Source of the DNA: Candidatus Parcubacteria bacterium
Lineage (GTDB): Bacteria; Patescibacteriota; Minisyncoccia; Phycocordibacterales; CAIJYI01
Length of the DNA: 64,000 bases
Assembly: GCA_026395595.1 (NCBI GenBank)
Contig: JAPLYL010000005.1
Coordinates: 12,853-76,852 of the forward strand
Reading direction: 5' to 3'
Under the pieces are notes generated by a model that worked only from the letters and a program-made list of their open reading frames with translations, was not told the origin of the DNA and ran no database searches. Both the position numbers and the translations under genes were made by a program. Of this stretch, positions 39,309 to 48,610 are shown in pieces (the stretch's first letter is position 1; the number at the start of each line of letters is the position of its first letter).

Positions 39309-40217
39309 TTATTTTTCTTCTTTCTCTCCCGATAGTATTTTCACCCCCTTCGTAATAATCGGCAATATATCATCATAAAAATTGAGTTCGGCGATATCTC
39401 CCATCAAAAACCATCGCACATCATCAAGTCCGCCTTTATCGGCTTCAAGTTTGAGCGGGATGTAAGGAGCTTCAGCAAGGAAGTAAGCGACGTTCTTTCG
39501 GTACCGTCCGATCTCGGGATTATTGGCGACATATTCGTTTTCTCCCAATTCTTCTTTTACGTCTATTTCGGCATCTATCTCTTCTTTTATTTTCCTCTTC
39601 ACTCCTTCTATTTTGTCTTCGCCTTCGGTAAGTCCGCCTTTAGAAAGCGTCCAGTGTCCGAAAATGTCGTGAACGAAAGCAAGATAGGTTTCGCCCTCAT
39701 GTTTAGAGTAGACCACGGCTCCGACGAGCTGTTTGACTGGCAATTGTTCGCGAGGTACGTTCTGATTCTTTTTCTTGGCGATATCGTCTTTTCCGGGTTC
39801 GCCGAGTTCTTTGTAGACAGCGCCCAGCACTCCGTTTACGAATTTACCGCTCGTCTCTCCTCCAAATGTCTTGGCGAGTTCAATCGCTTCATTGATGGCG
39901 ACTTTCGGCGGCACGTCGGAATGATCAGAAAAAAGCAGTTCAAAAAGTCCGATACGGAGAATGTTTCGGTCAATGACGGATATACGGTCAAGAGGCCACT
40001 CGGGAGCAGCCTCATGAATAATAGAATCAAGTACTTGATTCTTCTTAACAACACCTTCGGTAAGATTTTTTATAAAAGAAAAATCGGAAAGACCCGGAGC
40101 GAATTCTTCAATATCGCGCGCCAGAATCTCATCTACGGATTCGTCTTTTTTATCGCGAAAGTCCCACTCAAAGAGAGCTTGAAGGACGATCGATCTTGAA
40201 AGGTGCCTATTTGCCAT
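39309..40217 (-). CDS. nusB: Transcription antitermination factor NusB fused to a NUDIX-like domain
   Basis: RHLSR..LQALF, DRNILR, VAINEAIELAK.F, FVNGVL; C-terminal GHWTLSKGG...REE-like NUDIX box. Confidence 0.93.
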   Translation of the reverse strand: MANRHLSRSIVLQALFEWDFRDKKDESVDEILARDIEEFAPGLSDFSFIKNLTEGVVKKNQVLDSIIHEAAPEWPLDRISVIDRNILRIGLFELLFSDHSDVPPKVAINEAIELAKTFGGETSGKFVNGVLGAVYKELGEPGKDDIAKKKNQNVPREQLPVKQLVGAVVYSKHEGETYLAFVHDIFGHWTLSKGGLTEGEDKIEGVKRKIKEEIDAEIDVKEELGENEYVANNPEIGRYRKNVAYFLAEAPYIPLKLEADKGGLDDVRWFLMGDIAELNFYDDILPIITKGVKILSGEKEEK

Positions 40218-40279
40218 AATTTAAATACACGTAAAAATGTAAAAAAACATCAAAAACGCTCACTCGCTACTGCTTCGGT

Positions 40280-40507
40280 TTATTTTGCCGCTTCTTTCTT
40301 GGCTGCCGTTCTTTTGGTCTTCTTTTCAACTTCTTTCATGACATTGAGAACTTCTTTGCCTCGGTAAGTGCCGCAAACTCCGCAAGCGTGGTGCTTAACG
40401 TGTGATGATTTGCATTTCGGGCATTCTGTCAAACGAGGTCCGTCAATGTGATGATGGGACCGTCTGTTGGCGGTATGCGCTCGTGTGTGTCTCATTCGTA
40501 CTACCAT
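40280..40507 (-). CDS. rpmF: 50S ribosomal protein L32
   Basis: RRSHH, CPKC...HHACGVCGTY.G. Confidence 0.93.
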   Translation of the reverse strand: MVVRMRHTRAHTANRRSHHHIDGPRLTECPKCKSSHVKHHACGVCGTYRGKEVLNVMKEVEKKTKRTAAKKEAAK

Positions 40508-40646
40508 AGTGAATATAATATAGCGTAATTTTCAACAAAATGCAAGGGGAAAGGAAAAAAGCTTGCAGAAAAGCCGTTTTTTGCCAGGTTTTAGAGCCAA
40601 AAAGACAAAAGAAAGGCGGAGAAAATCCCCGCCTTTTAGCTCTTAT

Positions 40647-40988
40647 TTACTCATTAACCGCCTCCTGCTCTTTCTTATTCTGTTTAAGGATTTCCGCTTC
40701 TTCCGGAAAGGATTCTGCGAATGCTTTTAATGACTTCGTTTTTCTCTGTTCTCGCCATAGTGTGTTTCCCTGATTCCAAAGAAAAAGAAAAGCGAGAACA
40801 AACATCGCATACTTCGCCGTTTGATTCCACCCGGAAATCAGAGCGATAACAGCAAAAAATAAGTCCGAGACAAAGAGAACAAAAATAAAAAGTAGAATGC
40901 GATCAACCAGAACATCCGCTTTTTTTACAAATTCCTGACGAAGCTCGGAAGCTTTTTTAACCCTGTTTATATAATCGGTGTGTTCCAC
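40647..40988 (-). CDS. Small two-TM hypothetical protein (GTG start)
   Basis: TTGACA-16-TATAAT at 41026-41053, AGAGGT SD, terminator AAAGGCGG...CCGCCTTT. Confidence 0.7.
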   Translation of the reverse strand: MEHTDYINRVKKASELRQEFVKKADVLVDRILLFIFVLFVSDLFFAVIALISGWNQTAKYAMFVLAFLFLWNQGNTLWREQRKTKSLKAFAESFPEEAEILKQNKKEQEAVNE

Positions 40989-41116
40989 GTAAAAGTACCT
41001 CTCTTGTTGTTATGAACCAGCTTTAATTATACATATTTTTACAATTATGTCAACAACATAAACCCGCCGCAAGTCAAAACTTGGGCGGGAGTGTCTATAT
41101 GAAAGCATTCAAATTC

Positions 41117-41410
41117 TTATTCTGAATTCCACCATGATACCGCTTTTTTATACAGGTAGTACGGCAAAAACATCATAAAAAGCAGTGCAGCAAGAATGGA
41201 GAGGATAATAAAAAGAGGAGTAACGCTCAAAAAAAGTTCCGACGCCAACCCGACAGAGCACAAGGAAAAAGCCCATAAGACAAAAATGAATAATAAAACG
41301 ACTCCGATTCCAAAAGTGGCAACCATATGCCCGTCAGGATAATTATTCTTTTGTCTGTCGTCTTTTTCCTCACTTAAATCTTTCTCAAGATCATATTCGT
41401 ACTTGCCCAT
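41117..41410 (-). CDS. Small two-TM hypothetical protein
   Basis: TTGACT promoter, AAGGAG SD, hairpin downstream. Confidence 0.7.
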   Translation of the reverse strand: MGKYEYDLEKDLSEEKDDRQKNNYPDGHMVATFGIGVVLLFIFVLWAFSLCSVGLASELFLSVTPLFIILSILAALLFMMFLPYYLYKKAVSWWNSE

Positions 41411-41500
41411 TTCAAAGTGCTCCTTCGTGAAATTCGTCTATATAGACTATATATAAAAAGTGTGTTTTAGTCAATTTCCGCCAAGGTAACTCCTCACTCC

Positions 41501-41573
41501 CGTCATTCCCGCGAAGGCGGGAATCCATGATTTATCGCACCTATTCTGGATCCCCGCATTCGCGAGGATGACG
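41501..41573. repeat. Intact CGTCATTCCCGC...GGAATCCA palindromic repeat
   Basis: CGTCATTCCCGCGAAGGCGGGAATCCA-19 bp-TGGATCCCCGCATTCGCGAGGATGACG; interrupted relatives at 43055-43192 and 39174-39302. Confidence 0.85.
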
Positions 41574-41625
41574 ATGAGTTATTTTAGCAAGTCTTTAAAT
41601 GAGGTTTTTTGAGGGGTGTGAGGAG

Positions 41626-42234
41626 TTACCCGCCAAGAAAACTTTTCCGATGTACGCCTTCCAAAATTCCATGTTTTTCTATCATCTCATAATGTTTTTT
41701 CGTTCCATACCCCTTATGCCGTTCAAAACCATATTCAGGATATTGCTGTGAAAGCGTGATCATTTTCCTGTCGCGAAGAACTTTTGCTCCGATGCTCGCG
41801 AGAGAAATGACCGGCTCAATGTCGTCGCCATGAATAATGGTTTTTTGAAAAAGATATTCTTTCGGCGCGTAAAGCGAGCCGTCCAACAAAACAAGCGTGC
41901 TCTCGGGAGGACAGGCCAATTTTACCAATGCTTCCGCGAGCGCGTTTCGTATAGCAAAAGAAAGTCCGCAATCGTCTATCATTTCAGAAGAAGAAAAAGC
42001 GACGGCGAAAGAAATTTTTTCTTGAGACTTTTCCTTTTCCATTTTCAAAAACCACTCTTCCCTTTTCTCCGCCGTAAGTTTTTTTGAATCCCTTACTCCG
42101 AAAGAAAACTTTTTGAACCGCCGAATATCGCGTAGAGAAAAACAAACCGCCCCCACGGAAACCGGTCCCGCCAAAGGCCCTCGCCCTGCTTCATCTACTC
42201 CAACGACATATTGAATATCTTTCGGTATTCTCAT
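41626..42234 (-). CDS. rnhB: Ribonuclease HII
   Basis: GVDEAGRGPLAGP, DSKKL, ASIGAKV.RD, HKGYGT, HRKSF. Confidence 0.96.
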   Translation of the reverse strand: MRIPKDIQYVVGVDEAGRGPLAGPVSVGAVCFSLRDIRRFKKFSFGVRDSKKLTAEKREEWFLKMEKEKSQEKISFAVAFSSSEMIDDCGLSFAIRNALAEALVKLACPPESTLVLLDGSLYAPKEYLFQKTIIHGDDIEPVISLASIGAKVLRDRKMITLSQQYPEYGFERHKGYGTKKHYEMIEKHGILEGVHRKSFLGG

Positions 42235-42301
42235 GTCTCCATCATACACAAAAATATCCCATAAAAAAACCGCCCTCAGTAATAGGGCGGCTGGCGGGAA
42301 A

Positions 42302-42949
42302 TTATTGATTTCCCAGACAGTTTGAATAGTCTTGTACGGCATTTCTTGTTTCTTCGGGATACCAGTTATCCAAACCTTGTTTCAAAAAGGTGTACTTGTT
42401 CCAGTCATGAGTATCACGATAAAACTGTTCGGCACTGTTTGATTTTGCCTGATATAAAGCTTTTGACTCTTTCAGACGGACATCATACTGCACCTTGCAA
42501 TCAGTTTTTTCCGGCGCTTGAACTTGCGATTGCGCTACCGGAGCTTGATTTTGGTATCCTTGCTCTGTGTATGGCTGGTACACCTGCGTCTGCGTCGGGT
42601 ATTGTTCTACCATACGGTTTTGCTGATACCGTTCCAAATAATATGCAGTGGGCGTTTGATCTTGAAGATAAGAATAATTTTCCGTTCCTCGGTATATCGG
42701 TTCGGAAGGATACATCATTCCGGCTATGCCAGCGCCAAGGAAGATACCTTCCATAGGCCGACCGACCGCCATACCTACAGCGCCGCCTACCGCCGCGCCA
42801 GTTGCCGCACCGGCAATTTTCCCTATGTTCACTTCAGGTTTTGAACCCTGATAACGTCCATAAATGTCATACACGGGGACGGTTGTACACCCAGTAATAA
42901 TCGGTATCGCCAGCACTAAACCGGCGAGAGTTCGTAATAAAGTGTTCAT
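42302..42949 (-). CDS. Glycine-zipper lipoprotein
   Basis: Lipobox ITGC, GAATGAAVGGAVG, Q/Y-rich linker; TTGACA-16-TAGAAT promoter, AGGAGGT SD. Confidence 0.8.
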   Translation of the reverse strand: MNTLLRTLAGLVLAIPIITGCTTVPVYDIYGRYQGSKPEVNIGKIAGAATGAAVGGAVGMAVGRPMEGIFLGAGIAGMMYPSEPIYRGTENYSYLQDQTPTAYYLERYQQNRMVEQYPTQTQVYQPYTEQGYQNQAPVAQSQVQAPEKTDCKVQYDVRLKESKALYQAKSNSAEQFYRDTHDWNKYTFLKQGLDNWYPEETRNAVQDYSNCLGNQ

Positions 42950-43104
42950 AAACACCTCCTCTAAAAATGTAAAATATCAAAATAACTTATATTATTCTAC
43001 ATTATATACAGTATTTGTCAAGTACAAAAACCGTGAATCCAAAAACTCTTCGTTCGTCATCCTCGCGAATGCGGGGATCCACGTCGTTAAGCCATACTCT
43101 GGAA

Positions 43105-43158
43105 CACCACAAGAGTATTTCCATTTTTATAGTCGCTTCGCTCCTTAAAAATTAGGTC
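43105..43158 (+). mobile_element. 54-bp dispersed element, copy 4 (followed by an 11-bp duplication of its right end)
   Basis: Inserted in the TGGA^CCCCGC arm of a palindrome whose uninterrupted form is at 41501-41573. Confidence 0.88.
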
Positions 43159-43280
43159 AAAATTAGGTCGCCCCGCATTCGCGAGGATGACGATTTTGGG
43201 ATATTTTAGTCCAAGGAAATGAGTTTTTGGATTCACAGCAAAAAACTCCCCAAAACACGGGGAGTATTCTATTGAAAATG

Positions 43281-43832
43281 TTATCTGCACACCCAGACCA
43301 ACCGAGGAAAATACTCTCCGGTCCGAAGATCGTGCAAACCGCCGATATCAGCGTACCCGCAAACGAGCTGACGTTGAGGAACAACGCGATACGTATGCTG
43401 TCCGTAAAATCGCGGGTAGATATTTATGCTAATTCTTGGCTGTGGATTATTATAGACAAACGGTCGATAAGCAAAGTGCGGTGCTGCCTGTGGATTATTA
43501 TAAGCAAACGGTCGATAGCCAAAGTGCGGTGCCGTCTGTGGATTATTATAGGCAAACGGATGATACGCAAAGTTTGCCCTCGGTTGAGGATTATTAAAAG
43601 TAAAATCCCGATAACCAAAACTCTGAGCAGACTGCGGGCTATTAAAGGTAAACGGGCGATAACCAAAATCATGATAATCGAAATTTTTGTAAGAAAAATC
43701 GCGATAAACAAATCCTGAACCCGCCTGCGGATTATTGTAATTGAAACTATTGTACGTAAAAGGGCCGCCGAATCCCGATGCCGCAAAAATCACAGACAAG
43801 ACAAAACACAAAATTTGAAAGAACTTTTTCAT
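43281..43832 (-). CDS. Secreted protein with tandem 16-aa NNPQ-x4-F-x-Y-x2-F-x-Y repeats
   Basis: Signal peptide MKKFFQIL..., GGAGGT SD, TTGACA promoter, 48-bp DNA periodicity (43441, 43489, 43537). Confidence 0.8.
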   Translation of the reverse strand: MKKFFQILCFVLSVIFAASGFGGPFTYNSFNYNNPQAGSGFVYRDFSYKNFDYHDFGYRPFTFNSPQSAQSFGYRDFTFNNPQPRANFAYHPFAYNNPQTAPHFGYRPFAYNNPQAAPHFAYRPFVYNNPQPRISINIYPRFYGQHTYRVVPQRQLVCGYADIGGLHDLRTGEYFPRLVWVCR

Positions 43833-43944
43833 TATAACCTCCAAAAAACAAAAATGAATATATTGAATCAAAGTACATAGTACTCATTATTATCATTTCT
43901 GTCAAGGCTACACCAAAACCTCCGCAAACGGTATAATAAAACGC

Positions 43945-46900
43945 ATGTCTGACACCCCAACAAAAAGATTCGTTCATCTTCACACCCACACGCACTATTC
44001 CCTTCTGGACGGTCTTTCAAAAATAGAAAATCTCATCAAAGTTGCCAAAGAAGACGGGATGCCGGCGATTGCCGTCACTGATCACGGCAACATGTACGGA
44101 GCCATAGAACTCTACAAAAAATGTACGGCGGCGGGAATAAAACCAATTATCGGAGTGGAAGCTTACATCGCCAACCGCACGCGTTTTGACAAAGAACCGG
44201 GCGTGGACAACAAACGCTATCACCTTACCCTTCTCGCAAAAAACAACACCGGTTATCGCAATCTTATCAAAATGGTCACGGCGTCCAACCTTGAAGGATA
44301 CTACTACAAACCGCGCATGGACAAAGACCTGCTCCGCGCGAACAGCGAAGGTATCATCTGCCTTTCGGGTTGCTTCGGAGGAGAGCTCGCGCGCGCCATC
44401 CGCAATAAAGACAAAGAAAGAGCGATTGCCATCATTCGCGAGCATCAGGAAATTTTCGGTGTGGAAAATTACTTTTTGGAAATCCAGCGCCACTCCGGAA
44501 TTGAAGGACACAACCAATGGGAAAAAGATGTCGTAGCGCTCGGCAAAGAACTCGGCATTAAGGTCGTCGCTTCCCAAGACTCTCACTACACCAAAAAAGA
44601 TGATAAAAGAGCGCATGAGACTTTGCTCGCCGTCGGTACGGGAAACCCCGTTGGAACCGACACGAACCTCACCTTCGGATCGGACGATTATTCTTTCATT
44701 ACCACCGCGGAAGCTTACGCCTATTTTAAAGACACACCCGAAGCAGTAGAAAATACATCGTTCATCGCGGATATGTGCGACATTCAGATAGAACTCGGCA
44801 AATGGACTTTTCCCAACTATCTTATTCCTGAAGGAACCACCTACGACAGTGAACTTCGCCGTCTCACTTTTGAAGGTATCGCCAAACAAGGAATGAAAGA
44901 AACGAAGCAAGTCATAGACCGCATAGAATATGAATTAAACATCATCAAAACCAAGGGGTATTCTCCTTACTTCCTGGTTGTCTCCGACTTGCTCCGATTT
45001 GCCAGAGAAGCGGGAATTATGACCAACGTCAGAGGTTCGGGAGCCGGTTCTCTTTGTTCGTATCTTATCGGCATTACGCTTGTGGATCCGTTGGAATACA
45101 AACTTCCTTTTGAACGTTTCCTTAACCCAGAACGTCCATCGGCGCCGGATATAGATATGGACTACGCCGATAACCGACGCGACGAAGTCATAGAATACGC
45201 CAAAAGAAAATACGGCGCCGATCATGTCGCGCAGATTGGTACGTTCGGTACTATGGCGGCGCGCGGCGCGGTAAAAGACGTCGCGCGCGCGCTCGGTTAT
45301 CCGTACGCGACCGGTGACAAAATTTCAAAAATCATTCCGATGGGATCGCAGGGCTTCCCGATGACTATTGATCACGCTCTGGACATCGTTCCCGAACTGA
45401 AAGAAATGTACGACCGCGAATCGGACGTGAAAGAAATTATTGATCTCGCCAAAAAATTAGAGGGCTGTGTCCGCCACATCTCCGTCCACGCCGCGGGCGT
45501 CGTTATTTCCCCTACCATTCTCTCTGATTTCACTCCTTCGCAAATGGATCCAAAAGGAGGAAAGATTATCACCCAATACGAAATGCACGCCGTGGAAGAC
45601 GTCGGGCTTCTCAAATACGACTTTCTCGGAATCAGAAACCTCGCCATCCTTGCCGATGCCGTGCGTCTCGCCAAAAAATATCACGGGATAGAACTGGATA
45701 TTCAAAAAGTCCCCCGCAATGATAAAAAAACTTTTCAAATGCTCGCAAAGGGAGAGACCATTGGACTCTTTCAACTGAACGGTTCCGGCATGACCAAATA
45801 CCTAATGGATCTCCGCCCGACAACCATTCACGATATCAACGCCATGGTCGCGCTCTACCGTCCGGGCCCGATGGAATCCATTCCCGAATATATCAAACGC
45901 AAACGCAATCCGAAACTCGTTACCTATCTTGACCCTCGTATGGAAGATATTTTGGATCAATCATTCGGCGTTATCACCTATCAGGACGACGTCATGATGA
46001 TCGCGATCAAACTCGCCGGGTACTCTTGGTTGGAAGCCGACAAACTCCGCAAAGCCATGGGAAAAAAGATTCCGGCAGAAATGGAAATTCAGAAAAAGAA
46101 ACTCTTGGAAGGATTCCTGAAAAACGGCCTGTCAAAAGAAAAAACAAAAGAACTTTGGGCGCTCATAGAACCGTTCGCCGCGTACGGATTCAACAAAGCG
46201 CATGCCGCCAGTTACGGTTTGGTCGCCTATCAAACCGCGTACATGAAAGCAAACTTCCCTGCCGAATACATGGCGGCCGTACTCACGGCCGAGTCCGGCG
46301 ACGTGGAAAAGATTTTTGAAATCATCACCGAATGCAAGCACATGAATCTCCCCGTTCTTCCGCCGGACGTCAACGAAAGCATGGGGGACTTTGCTGTCAT
46401 CAAAGGAGAAACCCCGGATAAAGACAAAATACGTTTCGGACTCCACACTATAAAAAATCTCGGAGAAGAGATCAGTGATTATATTATTGAAGAGAGAGAA
46501 AAGAACGGCAGATATAAAACCTTCGCGGAATTTCTGGAAAGAGTCAAACACAAAAACTTAAATAAAAAATCTCTTGAGGCGCTCGTAAAGTGCGGAGCGA
46601 TGGACGAACTCGGCGAACGAGGACAGATTATTTTCAACATGGAAGATGCGCTGGCATACAGCAAAGGTCTGGTGAAAGAAAATAAGGCGCAAACTTCCCT
46701 GTTCGGGCTCATGTCCGCGGAGACATCGCTTCCGGCCCTCAAACTCAAACCCTGCGAGCCGGCGAAACCGTTTGAAAAACTTGTCTGGGAAAAGGAACTT
46801 CTCGGTCTCTACATTTCCGGACACCCGCTGGATAAATACCGCGAAAAAATGGAAGCGCGCGAATGGAATAATGCGAAGCTCAAAGAAAACGGAAAGGACA

Positions 46901-47148
46901 ATATGCCGATAACTGTCGTCGGTCTGATAGAAGAACTGCGCGAGGTCATCACCAAGAAAAACGAAAAAATGGCCTTCATAAAAGTGGCCGATTTGAACGA
47001 TACGATAGAGGTCGTTGTTTTCCCCCGAACCTTTGAACTCTGCAAAGAATTCCTCGTCGCTGAAAAATGCGTCGCCATCAAAGGCAAATTCTCCAAAAGA
47101 AACGGCGAACCGAGCGTCATTGCCGATGCCATGAAATTGCTTGACTAA
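43945..47148 (+). CDS. dnaE: DNA polymerase III alpha subunit
   Basis: HLHTHTHYSLLDG, RGSGAGS, FERFLNPER..PDIDMD, YGFNKAH, OB fold; no intein seen. Confidence 0.98.
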   Translation: MSDTPTKRFVHLHTHTHYSLLDGLSKIENLIKVAKEDGMPAIAVTDHGNMYGAIELYKKCTAAGIKPIIGVEAYIANRTRFDKEPGVDNKRYHLTLLAKNNTGYRNLIKMVTASNLEGYYYKPRMDKDLLRANSEGIICLSGCFGGELARAIRNKDKERAIAIIREHQEIFGVENYFLEIQRHSGIEGHNQWEKDVVALGKELGIKVVASQDSHYTKKDDKRAHETLLAVGTGNPVGTDTNLTFGSDDYSFITTAEAYAYFKDTPEAVENTSFIADMCDIQIELGKWTFPNYLIPEGTTYDSELRRLTFEGIAKQGMKETKQVIDRIEYELNIIKTKGYSPYFLVVSDLLRFAREAGIMTNVRGSGAGSLCSYLIGITLVDPLEYKLPFERFLNPERPSAPDIDMDYADNRRDEVIEYAKRKYGADHVAQIGTFGTMAARGAVKDVARALGYPYATGDKISKIIPMGSQGFPMTIDHALDIVPELKEMYDRESDVKEIIDLAKKLEGCVRHISVHAAGVVISPTILSDFTPSQMDPKGGKIITQYEMHAVEDVGLLKYDFLGIRNLAILADAVRLAKKYHGIELDIQKVPRNDKKTFQMLAKGETIGLFQLNGSGMTKYLMDLRPTTIHDINAMVALYRPGPMESIPEYIKRKRNPKLVTYLDPRMEDILDQSFGVITYQDDVMMIAIKLAGYSWLEADKLRKAMGKKIPAEMEIQKKKLLEGFLKNGLSKEKTKELWALIEPFAAYGFNKAHAASYGLVAYQTAYMKANFPAEYMAAVLTAESGDVEKIFEIITECKHMNLPVLPPDVNESMGDFAVIKGETPDKDKIRFGLHTIKNLGEEISDYIIEEREKNGRYKTFAEFLERVKHKNLNKKSLEALVKCGAMDELGERGQIIFNMEDALAYSKGLVKENKAQTSLFGLMSAETSLPALKLKPCEPAKPFEKLVWEKELLGLYISGHPLDKYREKMEAREWNNAKLKENGKDNMPITVVGLIEELREVITKKNEKMAFIKVADLNDTIEVVVFPRTFELCKEFLVAEKCVAIKGKFSKRNGEPSVIADAMKLLD

Positions 47149-47215
47149 AATAGTAATTCATGATAAAATAAACACTAGATTTGTGATCAACCGCAAGAAG
47201 GTAGAAGGTGAAGAT

Positions 47216-47440
47216 ATGAACATACAAGTTTTTTATGAAGAAACAGACGTGAGTCTGCAAATAACAGGAAAGAATATTGAGCTCGGAGAAATATGCAGAG
47301 TTAGCGTCTTTTCGGGAGCAACTGAGCCTGCTCGTCGCGTGGCTCTAGTTGACACGAAATCCTTTTACATGGACGAAGAAAGTATGGTTATCATTAGTAA
47401 AATTGGTGGCGGTGTAGTGGCCGAGATACGTCACAATTAA
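47216..47440 (+). CDS. Small hypothetical protein
   Basis: TTGACT-17-TAAAAT promoter at the dnaE end, GAAGGTG SD, terminator AGCGGCGAGGT...ACCTCGCCGCT. Confidence 0.65.
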   Translation: MNIQVFYEETDVSLQITGKNIELGEICRVSVFSGATEPARRVALVDTKSFYMDEESMVIISKIGGGVVAEIRHN

Positions 47441-47724
47441 AAACAAAGAAACAGCGGCGAGGTTTGACCTCGCCGCTTTATTTTTTTACCATTTAATCGG
47501 TATCATCGTATTGGCACCGATATTTTATGCTTGGCGCTCTTTTTTCCAAAAAGTCATTTACAAAATGACATAACCACGTTAAAAACTTCTTTTTCATTGT
47601 TCACTCCCTTTGTGTTTGTACAACTTTATTCATTGAATTTATAGCACGAAATTAAAAAATAAACAAACTTTCAAAAAACCGCGTTTTCCTGTAACCTATA
47701 TATCATCAATAAGTTATATTTAAC

Positions 47725-48576
47725 ATGAAAAACACAAAACCTCTCATCGGATTTATCGGACAAGGATGGATCGGTAAAAATTACGCCGACAACTTTGAAG
47801 AGCGCAGGTACGAAACTGTGCGATACTCGCAAGAAGAACCCTATATCAAAAACAAAGAAAAAATAGCGAAGTGTGATATCGTCTTTATCGCCGTCCCCAC
47901 CCCCACTACCCCGCAAGGTTTCAGCGATGCCATACTCCGCAAAGTGCTTCCTCTCATCGGAAAAGGAAAGATTGCCGTAATCAAATCAACGCTTCTTCCC
48001 GGAACAACCGCAAAACTTCAGAAGAAGAATCCCGATATCATCGTTATGCATTCTCCTGAATTCCTTGTGGAAGCGACGGCAAAATACAACACGACCAATC
48101 CGGAAAGAAACATTATCGGCATTCCTTACTTCACCGATAAATACAAAAAAGCAGCCAAACGCGCGATGGAAGTTATGGCGAAAGCTCCCTATGAACTTAT
48201 CTGTTCCGCAGAAGAGGCGGAGCTGGTAAAATACGGAGGAAATTGTTTCTTGTATGTGAAAGTGGTATTTGCCAACCTGTTCCACGACCTCTCTCAAAAA
48301 TTCCCGAACGTAAAATACGAGACGGTACGAGATGCCGTGAGCGCAGACCCTCGCATCGGCGCTTCCCATTTGGACCCGATACACAAAAGCGGACGAGGCG
48401 CGGGAGGGCATTGCTTCATTAAAGATTTCGCCGCCTTCGCTTCCCTTTATGAAAAACTGGCAAAAGATCCTCATGGAACCGAAGCGCTCCGAGCTTTTGA
48501 AAAAAAGAACAATCACCTTTTAAAAACCAGTAAAAAAGATCTTGATCTCCTCCGCGGAGTATACGGGGAAGATTAA
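47725..48576 (+). CDS. Short UDP-glucose/GDP-mannose dehydrogenase family protein
   Basis: GQGWIG, VPTP, IKST, SPEFL, GAGGHCFIKD; lacks the C-terminal UDP-binding domain. Confidence 0.88.
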   Translation: MKNTKPLIGFIGQGWIGKNYADNFEERRYETVRYSQEEPYIKNKEKIAKCDIVFIAVPTPTTPQGFSDAILRKVLPLIGKGKIAVIKSTLLPGTTAKLQKKNPDIIVMHSPEFLVEATAKYNTTNPERNIIGIPYFTDKYKKAAKRAMEVMAKAPYELICSAEEAELVKYGGNCFLYVKVVFANLFHDLSQKFPNVKYETVRDAVSADPRIGASHLDPIHKSGRGAGGHCFIKDFAAFASLYEKLAKDPHGTEALRAFEKKNNHLLKTSKKDLDLLRGVYGED

Positions 48577-48610
48577 GAAATGGTATAATGATGAAATAAA
48601 ACTCATCATT

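Noticed and set aside
3021-43158. 54-bp repeats as a CRISPR array
   Set aside because: Copies are dispersed over 40 kb in both orientations, with no regular spacers and no cas genes
43227-43718. Plus-strand repetitive ORF and 48-bp periodicity as an array
   Set aside because: Shadow of the minus-strand repeat protein, which has the promoter, SD and signal peptide
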